Positions 26,461 to 35,920 of a stretch of DNA of 64,000 nucleotides are shown in pieces (within the stretch, counting starts at the first letter, position 1; each line of letters opens with the position of its first letter). A program made the translations under genes and the position numbers. The stretch comes from an uncultured Sphingomonadales bacterium (GTDB lineage Bacteria > Pseudomonadota > Alphaproteobacteria > Sphingomonadales > Sphingomonadaceae): positions 491-64,490 of the forward strand of contig CAXIBD010000009.1 in the NCBI GenBank assembly GCA_964022135.1, written 5' to 3'. The notes under the pieces were generated by a model. It ran no database searches and was not told the origin of the DNA. It worked only from the letters and a program-made list of their open reading frames with translations.

Positions 26461-27599
26461 GCTTTCACCTTTGTCTTGCCCAGCGAAGCAATATTCTCGG
26501 CGACGGCTTTGTCTGCATAGTATCGCGAATAGAATTTTCGGAACTTCGGTATCGGGCCGTCACCATCACAAATCAGGGGTGTGACTTCGAATTTCATCCG
26601 GTCCCAGACAACCTTGTCCTGATCAAGCTGCTTGTTCACATCTTTGATGATTGCTCTTGCCAATCCTGCCATCGGCCCTTCTATCTGGCTCTTTGGCTGG
26701 GTATAAAAATATCGGACTTGCAGCTTATCGAGTTCAACAGGTGTGATGCAGGCAATCAGCAATGTCTCGCAAATGCCTTCAAACCGCACCCAGTTTTGGC
26801 CAGGGCCTTGCGAGGTAGACGTAATCTTTCCATCAATTTCGCCTTTCGGCGTCCCCATTTTTGCTCGTACAATGCCCTTGCGGTCCCACTCACCCCATTC
26901 CAGTTCCGACTCGGGTGGGCTGGCGACACCGTGGATGTAGGTGAAATGCGGAAAGTCGACGCCATTTTCAGCCATGTTCTGTATGCTACCAAAAATCGTC
27001 CAGTCACATTCGTCAAATTCCGACCATTGCGGATCAGTAGCTTCGGGCAACGGGATCACATCATATTTCGGTTGCTCGCCATGGGGATGATACCATGCCC
27101 AAATTATCCGATTAGCTTCCTGAATTGGCCAAGTTTCCTTGCATTTGCGCTTCACCTGCGGCGGGATGACGCGCGCATAGGGGATTTCTTTGACCACGCC
27201 CTCGTTGCCATCGTAGCGCCACGCGTGAAACGGACATTCGAGGAGATTTCCGTGAACTTTCCCACCATGGCCCATATGGGCCCCCAAATGCTTGCAGTAG
27301 GCATCTATCATCCGCACTTCGCCATCTTCACCCCGCCAAATGGCAAGATCCTGAGCAAAATAGCGGGCCGGTTGGACTTCTCCGACGGCCAACTCATCGC
27401 TCAGCATGATCGGATACCAACCAAAAGGAAATCCGATATCGAGATTGCGCTCCTCCGAAGATGGCCGACCAGGAAGATCGGCGACCCGCCAAGCTTCAAG
27501 CTCTTCCCTCGTCATTTTGTTTAGCACTTGTGATGTCGCAACCGGGGCCGTGCGCGCGTCTTTCACAGCAGCGCCAACATGAGATGCACTGGCAGTCAT
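26457..27599 (-). CDS. Rieske [2Fe-2S] non-haem iron oxygenase, KshA-like, second paralogue
   Basis: CKHLGAHM...CPFHAWRY; iron motif ENGVDFPHFTYIH; overlaps both neighbours by 4 nt. Confidence 0.8.
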   Translation of the reverse strand: MTASASHVGAAVKDARTAPVATSQVLNKMTREELEAWRVADLPGRPSSEERNLDIGFPFGWYPIMLSDELAVGEVQPARYFAQDLAIWRGEDGEVRMIDAYCKHLGAHMGHGGKVHGNLLECPFHAWRYDGNEGVVKEIPYARVIPPQVKRKCKETWPIQEANRIIWAWYHPHGEQPKYDVIPLPEATDPQWSEFDECDWTIFGSIQNMAENGVDFPHFTYIHGVASPPESELEWGEWDRKGIVRAKMGTPKGEIDGKITSTSQGPGQNWVRFEGICETLLIACITPVELDKLQVRYFYTQPKSQIEGPMAGLARAIIKDVNKQLDQDKVVWDRMKFEVTPLICDGDGPIPKFRKFYSRYYADKAVAENIASLGKTKVKA

Positions 27600-28474
27600 T
27601 TTGAATCTCCTAGTTTGAAAACTTTCATCGCATTTTCACGCAAAAATTTGGGCCAAACTCCGTCTTTCAATGGAACGCTTTCCATATCGGAAAAAATACG
27701 ATCAAGACTCAGGCCCATAGGAAAATATCCGGCGTAAATTATCTTGTCTGCACCGCGCGTATTGGCGTAGTTGATAATCGCTCTGGGATAATGTTTCGGG
27801 GCGAATGCGCTGGTTGAATAATAGAGATTTGGCCATTTCAGCATAAGCTTCACCGCCAGGTCTTCCCACGGTTCTGCGCCATGCCGCATAACCACTTTCA
27901 GATCGGGAAAGAACCAGCAAATCTCATCGAGATGTTCGACCTTCTGCGTTTCCATAGGAATGCGCGGTCCCGGGATACCGACGTTGAGCAGAATGGGAAT
28001 ATCCAGCTCCACTGCGCAGGCATAAAGCGGGAACATGTATTTGTGATTGATCGGAACCTGCGGGCACGTTCCTGCGGGAAAAACACTGATCGCGCTCAGC
28101 CCCACCTCGGCATGCGCTTGCTTGATCCTCCGCACTTCGTCCATACCGTTATTGGGATTGCACGGCATGTCGAAGAAAAAGCGGCCAGGATATTGCTCTT
28201 TGGCTCTACGTGACGTGTCATTGTCGTTCCAGCCGACGAGCGCATATTCGATATTGAACCTGTCCATCTGTCCGACCGTCCATTTGACAAAATCATCCGC
28301 CTCTCCGGTCTCTGGGATATCCTTGAACATATATTGTGCGGGCATTTTAAACATTTCGCGGCTTTGCTCATCCTTGAGCAGCGGCTTGAAGCTCTCATAC
28401 CAGTCAGACCGGTCCTCAGCTTCGGGGATGCCTAGCATGCAATCGACAATTTTTATATCTTTGGGATAGCCCAT
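27596..28474 (-). CDS. amidohydrolase_2 (ACMSD/LigW-like) family protein, atypical N-terminal metal motif
   Basis: 292 aa. Where the family normally has I-D-x-H-x-H, this protein reads KIVDCMLGIP. Later His/Asp blocks (VMRHGAEPW, YAGYFP) look family-like. Confidence 0.6.
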   Translation of the reverse strand: MGYPKDIKIVDCMLGIPEAEDRSDWYESFKPLLKDEQSREMFKMPAQYMFKDIPETGEADDFVKWTVGQMDRFNIEYALVGWNDNDTSRRAKEQYPGRFFFDMPCNPNNGMDEVRRIKQAHAEVGLSAISVFPAGTCPQVPINHKYMFPLYACAVELDIPILLNVGIPGPRIPMETQKVEHLDEICWFFPDLKVVMRHGAEPWEDLAVKLMLKWPNLYYSTSAFAPKHYPRAIINYANTRGADKIIYAGYFPMGLSLDRIFSDMESVPLKDGVWPKFLRENAMKVFKLGDSK

Positions 28475-30123
28475 TATCTAGCTCCAGAAATTTGCGGCCA
28501 TCTCGCCCGCAGTTCGTTTTTATCTACTTTTCCGACATCGTTGCGCGGCAGCGGTTCGTCCAGAAACGCGACGTGACCGGGTGCCTTATATTTGGCCAGA
28601 TTTTCGCCCACGGTTTTGATAATATCGGATTCGCTATAATCACCGCGTTGCACAACCACGGCGACGAGCAGCTCGCCCAATCGTTTATCAGGAATTCCAA
28701 AAGCTGCGCATTCGCTGATATCATCCATCGCTCCGATGATCCGCTCAACCTCGGCACAGTAGATATTTTCGCCGCCGGAGATCACCATGTCTTTCTTCCG
28801 ATCGACAATGAAGACATAGCCCTCGTCATCGACATATCCGACATCCCCGGTTTTAAGCCAACCATCGGGAGACAATATCTTGTCGGTCTCTTCCTTGTTG
28901 TTCCAGTAGCCCTTCATCACGACAGGTCCTCGGACGACAATTTCGCCCGCTTCGCCGGGCAGCAATTCCTCGCCATCCGGACCTTCTATGCGCATGTCCA
29001 CCAGAGACAGGACCCGGCCGGCGGCCGCGCGGTTGCGGATAAAATCTTCACCGACAGCCATGGACACACTGCCGGATGTTTCGGTCATTCCGTAACCGGT
29101 TCCCATTACTGCCCCGGGGCACGCCGCACGGATATCATCCAGAAGAGCCACAGGCAGCGCCTGCCCGCCCGAAGCTATGTTGCGCAGACTGCTAAGGTCC
29201 GCGCCGGTTTCGCGCGCGCCATTCAGCATATCCCACATCATTGTCGGCACACCCGAGAACGCCGTAATTCGTTCACTCTCGATCAAACGTGTCGCATCGG
29301 CCGCATTCCAGCGCCGCATCATGACCAGTTTCGAGCCTGCACAAAGCGGCGACAAAAACGACGCGCCCAGTCCGGAAATATGAAACAATGGACTGATGAG
29401 CAACGCCGCCTGTTGCGGCAGATTAGCCAGTATCTGTTCAACCGGGATGTTCAGCTTGGCCGCCGTGTCATGCAAAACCATCATGCCGGTCATTTGCACA
29501 CTCATCAGGCCATTGATGAGATTGCGATGGGTCAAAACAGCGCCTTTAACTTGTCCGGTGGTGCCCGACGTAAACAATATCGTGCAAGGATCGTCCGGCT
29601 TTGCTGATTCGAAGTCAGTTAGGGTCGCGCCGCTTGTAGGAAACTCGCCAGTTTCCAATATCTGGCCTGCAAACCCCCCACGGCGCAGCAAGGCAGCGCG
29701 CTCTGGATCGGCGAGAACCAGCCGGGGCGAAACGCCCTCTATGGCCGCGCAGAGCTCTTCAGGCGAACCACGGCTATTAATGAGTGCCGACACGCCATTT
29801 GCCCTTGCAACGGCGAGGAATGCCACCATCCACTCGATGCGGTTGCGCATGCAGATCGCAACGCGATCCCCACGATCGACCTCAAGTGCAGGAACCAATG
29901 CATCTCGCAAAGCAAAAAACTGGTTGAATGTCAGCCGGCGGTCGCCTTCCACGACAAAAACCTTGTCGCCATGGCGCCGGGCAGTTTCCGCGAGCAAATT
30001 GACATCGGCCGGGGCGTTCACAAATTGACGCATGCCGCCTTGCTCACTAATTTCGAACGGCGTACCAGGCGCCGTCAGGGCATCATATATCGGATCAATT
30101 ATTGTCACGTGACAGCGCTCCAT
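28474..30123 (-). CDS. acyl-CoA synthetase (AMP-forming; candidate steroid/bile-acid CoA ligase)
   Basis: ORF to 30192; start probably ATG 30123 (MERCHVTIID). AMP motif ILFTSGTTGQVKGAVLTH, plus GYGMTE and SGGENIY. Confidence 0.8.
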   Translation of the reverse strand: MERCHVTIIDPIYDALTAPGTPFEISEQGGMRQFVNAPADVNLLAETARRHGDKVFVVEGDRRLTFNQFFALRDALVPALEVDRGDRVAICMRNRIEWMVAFLAVARANGVSALINSRGSPEELCAAIEGVSPRLVLADPERAALLRRGGFAGQILETGEFPTSGATLTDFESAKPDDPCTILFTSGTTGQVKGAVLTHRNLINGLMSVQMTGMMVLHDTAAKLNIPVEQILANLPQQAALLISPLFHISGLGASFLSPLCAGSKLVMMRRWNAADATRLIESERITAFSGVPTMMWDMLNGARETGADLSSLRNIASGGQALPVALLDDIRAACPGAVMGTGYGMTETSGSVSMAVGEDFIRNRAAAGRVLSLVDMRIEGPDGEELLPGEAGEIVVRGPVVMKGYWNNKEETDKILSPDGWLKTGDVGYVDDEGYVFIVDRKKDMVISGGENIYCAEVERIIGAMDDISECAAFGIPDKRLGELLVAVVVQRGDYSESDIIKTVGENLAKYKAPGHVAFLDEPLPRNDVGKVDKNELRARWPQISGAR

Positions 30124-30276
30124 CTGGAATTTTCCGTCACAACCGAAGGATAGGATCGAATCGACAAAGAATGCGATTCGCAGCGGCAGCATATTGACCC
30201 AGAACTTTGGATTTGCGTGTTCATAATCCTCCTAAAGATAAGTTCCGGGTGCATTAACACCTCAAATATCACCATA

Positions 30277-30306
30277 TGCGTATTTTTATATCATATATTT
30301 TACGAA
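30277..30306. promoter_or_regulatory. dyad operator copy B
   Basis: TGCGTATTTTTATATCATATATTTTACGAA, about 155 nt upstream of the CoA-ligase operon start. Confidence 0.6.
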
Positions 30307-30351
30307 TATAGCAAGCCCATAGCTGCCCCATCGTCAAATTTGACAAATTTC

Positions 30352-31224
30352 TCAATAAACGGCCGCCGGATTCGGCTCATTGGGGCTTCCCAGCATCTCG
30401 CGATAGGACGGTCGGTCGTTTCCGCGATCGTCAACCCCAAGATCCTTGGCAACTTCCGCCGCGATCAAGGTGCGCCCGGATAGCGCCGCCCCTTTGGGAT
30501 TGGTCGCAAGGGCATGAACAATATACCCGGTGAACTCTGGGTTTTCGGCGGTTTCGATAAAGCCTTCATATTGCTCCGGATTGGTTTCTGCGGCAATTTT
30601 TGATCGCTCGGTGATTAGCGGTCCCATCCAGATGGAAGCAATGCGGACCCCGGTATCGCGCAGATCAAATTCCATGTCATGGGCAAATTTATCCAACCCG
30701 GCCTTTTGAGCGCCATAAGCCGGGCCATGCATGTAACAACTCGCACCGAAGGACGAACCGAATGCAATCATGCCGGAACCTTGCTTTACCATCATCCTGG
30801 CAGCGTGCCAGCTAGCCACGTAGGCGGACCGCAAACCGACATCGAGAATGTTGACGGCAGCGATTTCTTTCTCCCAGAACGGTTTTTTCTCGATCAGCTG
30901 ATGGTGAATGAAGGCTGCGTTATTGACTAGAATATCCAGACACCCCTGTTCTTCTTCGATCTGCCTGAACAGCTGCTCTACTTGCATGTCATCGGCATGA
31001 TCACACATCACCGGAATACCCTTGCCGCCGGCCTTCGTGATCGCATCGGCGGTTTCACTGACCGTTCCCGGCAAAACAGTCCCGTCCCAGCCTTTTGCAT
31101 CGCCCGGCGTTATAGTTCTTCCGGTAACATATACTGTCATCCCCTTTTCACCGAGACCGCGCGCAATTCCTGCGCCTGCGCCCCGGCTGGCGCCAGTCAC
31201 CAATGCAATTTTAGGTTCAGTCAT
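30352..31224 (-). CDS. SDR family oxidoreductase
   Basis: IALVTGASRGAGAGIARGL; 290 aa. Confidence 0.8.
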   Translation of the reverse strand: MTEPKIALVTGASRGAGAGIARGLGEKGMTVYVTGRTITPGDAKGWDGTVLPGTVSETADAITKAGGKGIPVMCDHADDMQVEQLFRQIEEEQGCLDILVNNAAFIHHQLIEKKPFWEKEIAAVNILDVGLRSAYVASWHAARMMVKQGSGMIAFGSSFGASCYMHGPAYGAQKAGLDKFAHDMEFDLRDTGVRIASIWMGPLITERSKIAAETNPEQYEGFIETAENPEFTGYIVHALATNPKGAALSGRTLIAAEVAKDLGVDDRGNDRPSYREMLGSPNEPNPAAVY

Positions 31225-31280
31225 TTTTCTCTCCTGGATATTCCAATATAGACATATTTACAGACACCGCGATCGACAGC

Positions 31281-32045
31281 TTAATCAAAATTGGCCTGCC
31301 CACCATCGAGCGGGATCGTGGCACCGGTCAGATAGCGCATTGCGGGGGAACAAAGCGCCACGACCGCTTCCCCGATATCACCCTCCAATGTCCCTATGCG
31401 GCCCAAAGGTATGGTTCTGAAAAATTCCTCCGCTTCTTTCGGATTCTTCTCAACCCAGCCTTTCAGACCCGGCGATTCCGCATGTGGTGCGATATTCAAT
31501 ACCCGGATATTCTCACTGCCCCATTCGGCAGCGGCGGCTCTGGTAAGCGACTGGATTGATCGCTTCACGGCTGCATAGGCACCGTAGCCTGTCATGTCCC
31601 ACCGCTTCATCGCGGAAGAAACCAGGTTGACGATCACACCACCGCCCTGCTCCACCAGATGCGGCTTCACCAGCTTCATTAATCGCAAAGTGGCGAGCGG
31701 ACCTGATTCAAAGCCTGCGACAAATTGTTCGTCGCTAACCTGCTCCAAGGTACCCATCGGAACCTCTTGGGCATTATTTATGAGTATATCTATCTGACCG
31801 AAATGCTCGATTGCTTCTGCGATCAAGGCGGCAATAGAATCAGCGGATTTGACATCACAGGCGATGCAATGAGCGTGACCCGATCCGCGCGCGTCGATCA
31901 TTGCCTTGGTCACTTCGAGTTTGCCGAAGGTGCGTCCGGCAAGAATTACTCCACAGCCGACGGCGGCGAAGGCCAGTGCAATGCCTTGCCCGATACCCTG
32001 CCCCGCGCCCGTAACTATGACGACTCGCTTTTCAAACTGATTCAT
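31281..32045 (-). CDS. SDR family oxidoreductase
   Basis: VVIVTGAGQGIGQGIALAF; YAAVK catalytic pair. Confidence 0.8.
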   Translation of the reverse strand: MNQFEKRVVIVTGAGQGIGQGIALAFAAVGCGVILAGRTFGKLEVTKAMIDARGSGHAHCIACDVKSADSIAALIAEAIEHFGQIDILINNAQEVPMGTLEQVSDEQFVAGFESGPLATLRLMKLVKPHLVEQGGGVIVNLVSSAMKRWDMTGYGAYAAVKRSIQSLTRAAAAEWGSENIRVLNIAPHAESPGLKGWVEKNPKEAEEFFRTIPLGRIGTLEGDIGEAVVALCSPAMRYLTGATIPLDGGQANFD

Positions 32046-32061
32046 CGTAGAATATCCTATA

Positions 32062-32091
32062 TTCGTAATATTTATTACCTATATTTACGCA
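32062..32091. promoter_or_regulatory. dyad operator copy C
   Basis: TTCGTAATATTTATTACCTATATTTACGCA, in the divergent promoter region between the SDR (31281..32045) and the OYE gene (32161). Confidence 0.65.
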
Positions 32092-32160
32092 TGCTATTGA
32101 CATATAGCATATAGATGCGTCAATTGCGTTATATAAAAATATGCACAGGAGAGCGATCCA

Positions 32161-33396
32161 TTGTCTGAAGGAAGACGATCACCTTTCGATCCGATAACAG
32201 TCGGTCCATTAAAGCTACGCAACCGTTTCATTAAGTCGGCGACCAATGAAGGTATGGCCAAAGGCGGGCTCGTCACAAAGGGGCTCTCGCTTTTTCACGA
32301 GCGTATGGCCGAGGGCGGATCGGCGCTATCGACAGTTGCCTATTGCGCCACCAGTCTTGATGGACGAACCTTCGTCGATCAGGTCACGATGAACCGCGAT
32401 TCCCTGGCCGACATGAAAAGCATGACCGACGCCGTGCACCGTCACGGCGGTGCCATCAGCGCCCAGCTTACCCATGCCGGATCTTTTACATTTTTGCCGA
32501 AAACGGAAATGGCGACTTCCAGGCCGCTCAGTGCCAGCGGCGGTTTCAACAAGGTCGGCGTGCTATCGAACCGCTTTTTCAAAAAGGCGATGAATTTGGC
32601 CGAGATCGATTCCATGGTAGAGGAATTTGTCGTCGCGGCGTTACTTGCCAAAGAAGCCGGTTTTGACGCGATCGAGCTACACATGGGACACGGATATCTG
32701 CTCAGTCAGTTTGCTTCGCCGCTATACAACAAGCGCAAGGATGAATTTGGCGGCACAATAGAGCGCCGAATGAAATTCCCCAACGAAGTGCTGTCCCGGG
32801 TGCTTGATGCGGTGGGCAAAGACTTGGCCGTGCTGGTCAAATATAGCATGACGGACGGCGTCAAAGGAGGCAATTCCATTGAAGAAGGCATTGAAATTGC
32901 CAAATCTCTGGAAAAAACGGGCGCGCATATGGCGGTGCTGTCGAACGGAATGAATGTTGATTCAATCCAGGAAATGTTCGGCTCTCCGCTGCCAAAAACA
33001 AGTACCAAGCCGGCCAATGCGGTGATCGGGCTGGGCATGTGGCTGCAATCCCTGACCGCTCCGCCAGACAAGCAGTTTCACGAAAATTATTTACAGGACA
33101 ATGCCCAGAAAATTCGCGCTGCGGTAAATATGCCGCTCGCCTATATTGGCGGTGCAAAATCAAAACAGGGTGTCGATAATATTCTGGCAGGAGGCTTTGA
33201 TGCAATTGCGATGGGCCGCGCGCTGATCCATGATCCACAACTAATCAATCGCTGGAAAAGCGGTGCCGACGAAACCTCTGGCTGCACAGCCTGCAATCGC
33301 TGTGTCACGATGATGTATCTCCCCACCGGGACCCATTGCGTTCTTACGGGCGCGCAAGACGCCGAACTAAATAAAATTCCTGCAGGAGCAGCTTAG
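32161..33396 (+). CDS. Old Yellow Enzyme / FadH-BaiH-type flavin oxidoreductase core with C-terminal Cys cluster, lacking the usual reductase domain
   Basis: TTG start with GGAGAG 7 nt upstream. LKLRNRFIKSAT and ELHMGHGYLLSQFASP OYE blocks. C375-x2-C378-x2-C381-x11-C393 (CTACNRCVTMMYLPTGTHC). The protein ends at 411 aa. Confidence 0.7.
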   Translation: MSEGRRSPFDPITVGPLKLRNRFIKSATNEGMAKGGLVTKGLSLFHERMAEGGSALSTVAYCATSLDGRTFVDQVTMNRDSLADMKSMTDAVHRHGGAISAQLTHAGSFTFLPKTEMATSRPLSASGGFNKVGVLSNRFFKKAMNLAEIDSMVEEFVVAALLAKEAGFDAIELHMGHGYLLSQFASPLYNKRKDEFGGTIERRMKFPNEVLSRVLDAVGKDLAVLVKYSMTDGVKGGNSIEEGIEIAKSLEKTGAHMAVLSNGMNVDSIQEMFGSPLPKTSTKPANAVIGLGMWLQSLTAPPDKQFHENYLQDNAQKIRAAVNMPLAYIGGAKSKQGVDNILAGGFDAIAMGRALIHDPQLINRWKSGADETSGCTACNRCVTMMYLPTGTHCVLTGAQDAELNKIPAGAA

Positions 33397-34169
33397 TGAG
33401 CCAGAATTTTGACGGACGAGTCGCGATTATTACCGGCGGCAGCGATGGCATCGGTCGCGCTGCTGCAGAAATGCTGGCTACACGCGGCGCCACTGTTGTG
33501 ATTTGCGCGCGCGGCGAAGAAAAGCTGGCAGCCACTGAAAAGGCGATCAAGGCAGCGGGTGGCAAGGTTGAAGCCAGGCAGCTGGATGTTACCGATAGCG
33601 ATGCGTTCACTGCTTTGATCGACGATGTCGCAACGCGCTATGGACGACTGGATATGCTGGTGAATAACGCAATGTCCGTCCATTATGCGCCGATCGGCAA
33701 ACTGAAACTGGAACATTGGCGCAAGGATTTTGCGGTCAATGCAGATGCTGTCTTTGTTGGCACCAAAGCCGCGATGGGCATCATGGCGAAGGCCGGGAAA
33801 GGCAGCATTGTGAACATCTCGTCTACTACCGCGATCCGCGCAGCGCCCTTTATGTCCAGCTATTCCGCGTCGAAAGCAGCGCTTATCCAGTTCACCGCTG
33901 TCGCAGCAATGGAAGCTGCAGAAAGTGGCGTCCGGATCAACGCGATTGTTCCGGGCCAGGTGCAAACTGCAGCCAGTGCAGATTTCGCCGCTAGAGCCCC
34001 GGAAGTGGCAGCGAAAACGGCTGATGCCATCCCGATGAAACGCGGCGGCAATCCGGACGAGTTGGCCGAGGCCATATTGTTCATGTTGTCTGACGCAGCG
34101 AGCTACATCACCGGTGTAGCACTGCCTGTCGATGGCGGGAAAGCGGCCCAACTCTATCTCCCTTCCTGA
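33396..34169 (+). CDS. SDR family oxidoreductase
   Basis: GTG start overlapping the TAG of the upstream gene. VAIITGGSDGIGRAAAEML; YSASK. Confidence 0.8.
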   Translation: MSQNFDGRVAIITGGSDGIGRAAAEMLATRGATVVICARGEEKLAATEKAIKAAGGKVEARQLDVTDSDAFTALIDDVATRYGRLDMLVNNAMSVHYAPIGKLKLEHWRKDFAVNADAVFVGTKAAMGIMAKAGKGSIVNISSTTAIRAAPFMSSYSASKAALIQFTAVAAMEAAESGVRINAIVPGQVQTAASADFAARAPEVAAKTADAIPMKRGGNPDELAEAILFMLSDAASYITGVALPVDGGKAAQLYLPS

Positions 34170-34197
34170 CCATCCTATTCTGAAGGAACAGCCTGCC

Positions 34198-35889
34198 ATG
34201 GAAGAAGTGCCAGAATATATTGTTGACATGCTGATTGTCGGGTCGGGTGCCGGAGGATTGCTTTCGGCGCTGGTAGCGGCTGGAAATCACGCCAATGTAC
34301 TGGTTATTGAAAAGGAAAGTCTCTGGGGCGGCACTTCCGCGACTTCAGGAGCCGGGATCTGGATTCCGGCCAGCGATCAGGCGCGGGCAGAAGGGTTCGA
34401 CGACAATGTCGATGACGCGTTTGCATATGTCCGCACGTTATCCAAAGACAATGTTCCGGATGAGAACATCCGTTCTTATGTAACCAATGCGTCCAAAATG
34501 TTGCGCTGGATGGGCGACAATACCGATATTCAATATTGTGCCTTTCCCTATCCGGATTATCATGCCGAGAATCCGGGGGGTAGCCCGACCGGATACCGGA
34601 CCCATATGCCCTTGCCGATGGATGGCAGAAAACTTGGCAAAGATGTGGAGACGCTTCGCTTTGCCTCTCCTGCCGCCAGTTTATTTGGTTATCTGAATTG
34701 GCACTTTGACGAAACCTACATCCTTCTTTTCCGGCAACCTGGCTGGTGGTGGCACCTTACCAAAAGCCTCGCACGCTATTGGCTGGACTGGCCGTTTCGG
34801 TTCAAGTCGAGCAAGGATCGCCGTCTGACATTGGGCAATGCCCTGGTCGGCGGAATCCGTATGGCGCTGAACAAGAAAAACGTTCCGGTTTGGCTGAATA
34901 GCCCGCTGGAAGAACTTGTCCAGAAAGATGGCAAGGTCATCGGCGCGATAGTGAACCGTCAAGGCCGTAAAATTCTCGTTCGTGCCAGAAAAGGCGTGAT
35001 CCTGGCTGCAGGTGGGTTCGAAAAAAATGCAGAAATGCGCAATGAGCATGCGCCGCTATATCCGAATGCTCTATATTCAGGGGGCACGGCCGGGAACACG
35101 GGAGATAGCATCAAAGCCGGCATGAGCGTGGGCGCGGAGACGCTGAACATGCAATCCGCATGGGCGGCGCCAGTCTTCTATGTACCTGGAGAAGATCGCG
35201 GCAGGCTCTGTACAATCGAAAGAGCCTTGCCGGGATCCATAATGGTCAATCAGAAAGGCGAGCGCTATCTCAACGAAGCGGCATCATATCATGTTGTCGG
35301 CCAACAAATGGCGCGGCGGGAGCAGGAACATGGTGACGCCTCACCCAGCTGGTTTGTCTTCGACCATGAATATCGGCACAAATATCCGGTCGGCCCCTTA
35401 TTGCCCATCATGCCGGACTGGTTCCAGCGCGGCGAAGTGCAGGCCATCTTGAAGAAGGGCAAATCCATTGCCGATCTTGCCGGGGATATGGGCATTGATC
35501 AAGTCGCGCTGGAAACCACAATTTCCCGCTTCAATGAAAATGCAGCAAAAGGCGAGGATCCTGATTTCCACCGCGGTGCGGCGGCCTATGATAAACTGTA
35601 TGGAGACCCGCGCGTCACACCAAACCCGTGCCTGCGCCCCCTAACCAAAGGGCCGTTTTATGCGATGCCTATTTACCCCGGTGATATTGGGACCAACGGA
35701 GGCCTCATGACTGACGATAAAGCACGCGTCATCGGCGAAAATGGAAAGCCGATTGCCGGACTTTATGCAGTCGGAAACAATGCCGCTTCGGCAATGGGTG
35801 AAAGCTACCCCGGTGCCGGTGTCACCATCGGCCCCGCACTTACATTTGGCTATATCGCTGCACGGGATGCTCTTGGAGTGAATGACTGA
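34198..35889 (+). CDS. kstD: FAD-dependent 3-ketosteroid dehydrogenase (KstD-type, 3-oxosteroid 1-dehydrogenase family)
   Basis: ORF from 34132, trimmed to ATG 34198. DMLIVGSGAGGLLSALVAA...VLVIEKESLWGGTSATSGAGIWIP matches the KstD N-terminal FAD fold; 563 aa. Confidence 0.7.
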   Translation: MEEVPEYIVDMLIVGSGAGGLLSALVAAGNHANVLVIEKESLWGGTSATSGAGIWIPASDQARAEGFDDNVDDAFAYVRTLSKDNVPDENIRSYVTNASKMLRWMGDNTDIQYCAFPYPDYHAENPGGSPTGYRTHMPLPMDGRKLGKDVETLRFASPAASLFGYLNWHFDETYILLFRQPGWWWHLTKSLARYWLDWPFRFKSSKDRRLTLGNALVGGIRMALNKKNVPVWLNSPLEELVQKDGKVIGAIVNRQGRKILVRARKGVILAAGGFEKNAEMRNEHAPLYPNALYSGGTAGNTGDSIKAGMSVGAETLNMQSAWAAPVFYVPGEDRGRLCTIERALPGSIMVNQKGERYLNEAASYHVVGQQMARREQEHGDASPSWFVFDHEYRHKYPVGPLLPIMPDWFQRGEVQAILKKGKSIADLAGDMGIDQVALETTISRFNENAAKGEDPDFHRGAAAYDKLYGDPRVTPNPCLRPLTKGPFYAMPIYPGDIGTNGGLMTDDKARVIGENGKPIAGLYAVGNNAASAMGESYPGAGVTIGPALTFGYIAARDALGVND

Positions 35890-35920
35890 CGCTGGACGTT
35901 GTGATCGCAGCTGCTTGCCA

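Noticed and set aside
32118-32147. Second, weak dyad-like site TGCGTCAATTGCGTTATATAAAAATATGCA in the 32.1 kb divergent promoter
   Set aside because: The left half is good, but the right half reads ATATGCA instead of TTACGCA. It is too degenerate to call without a PWM score.
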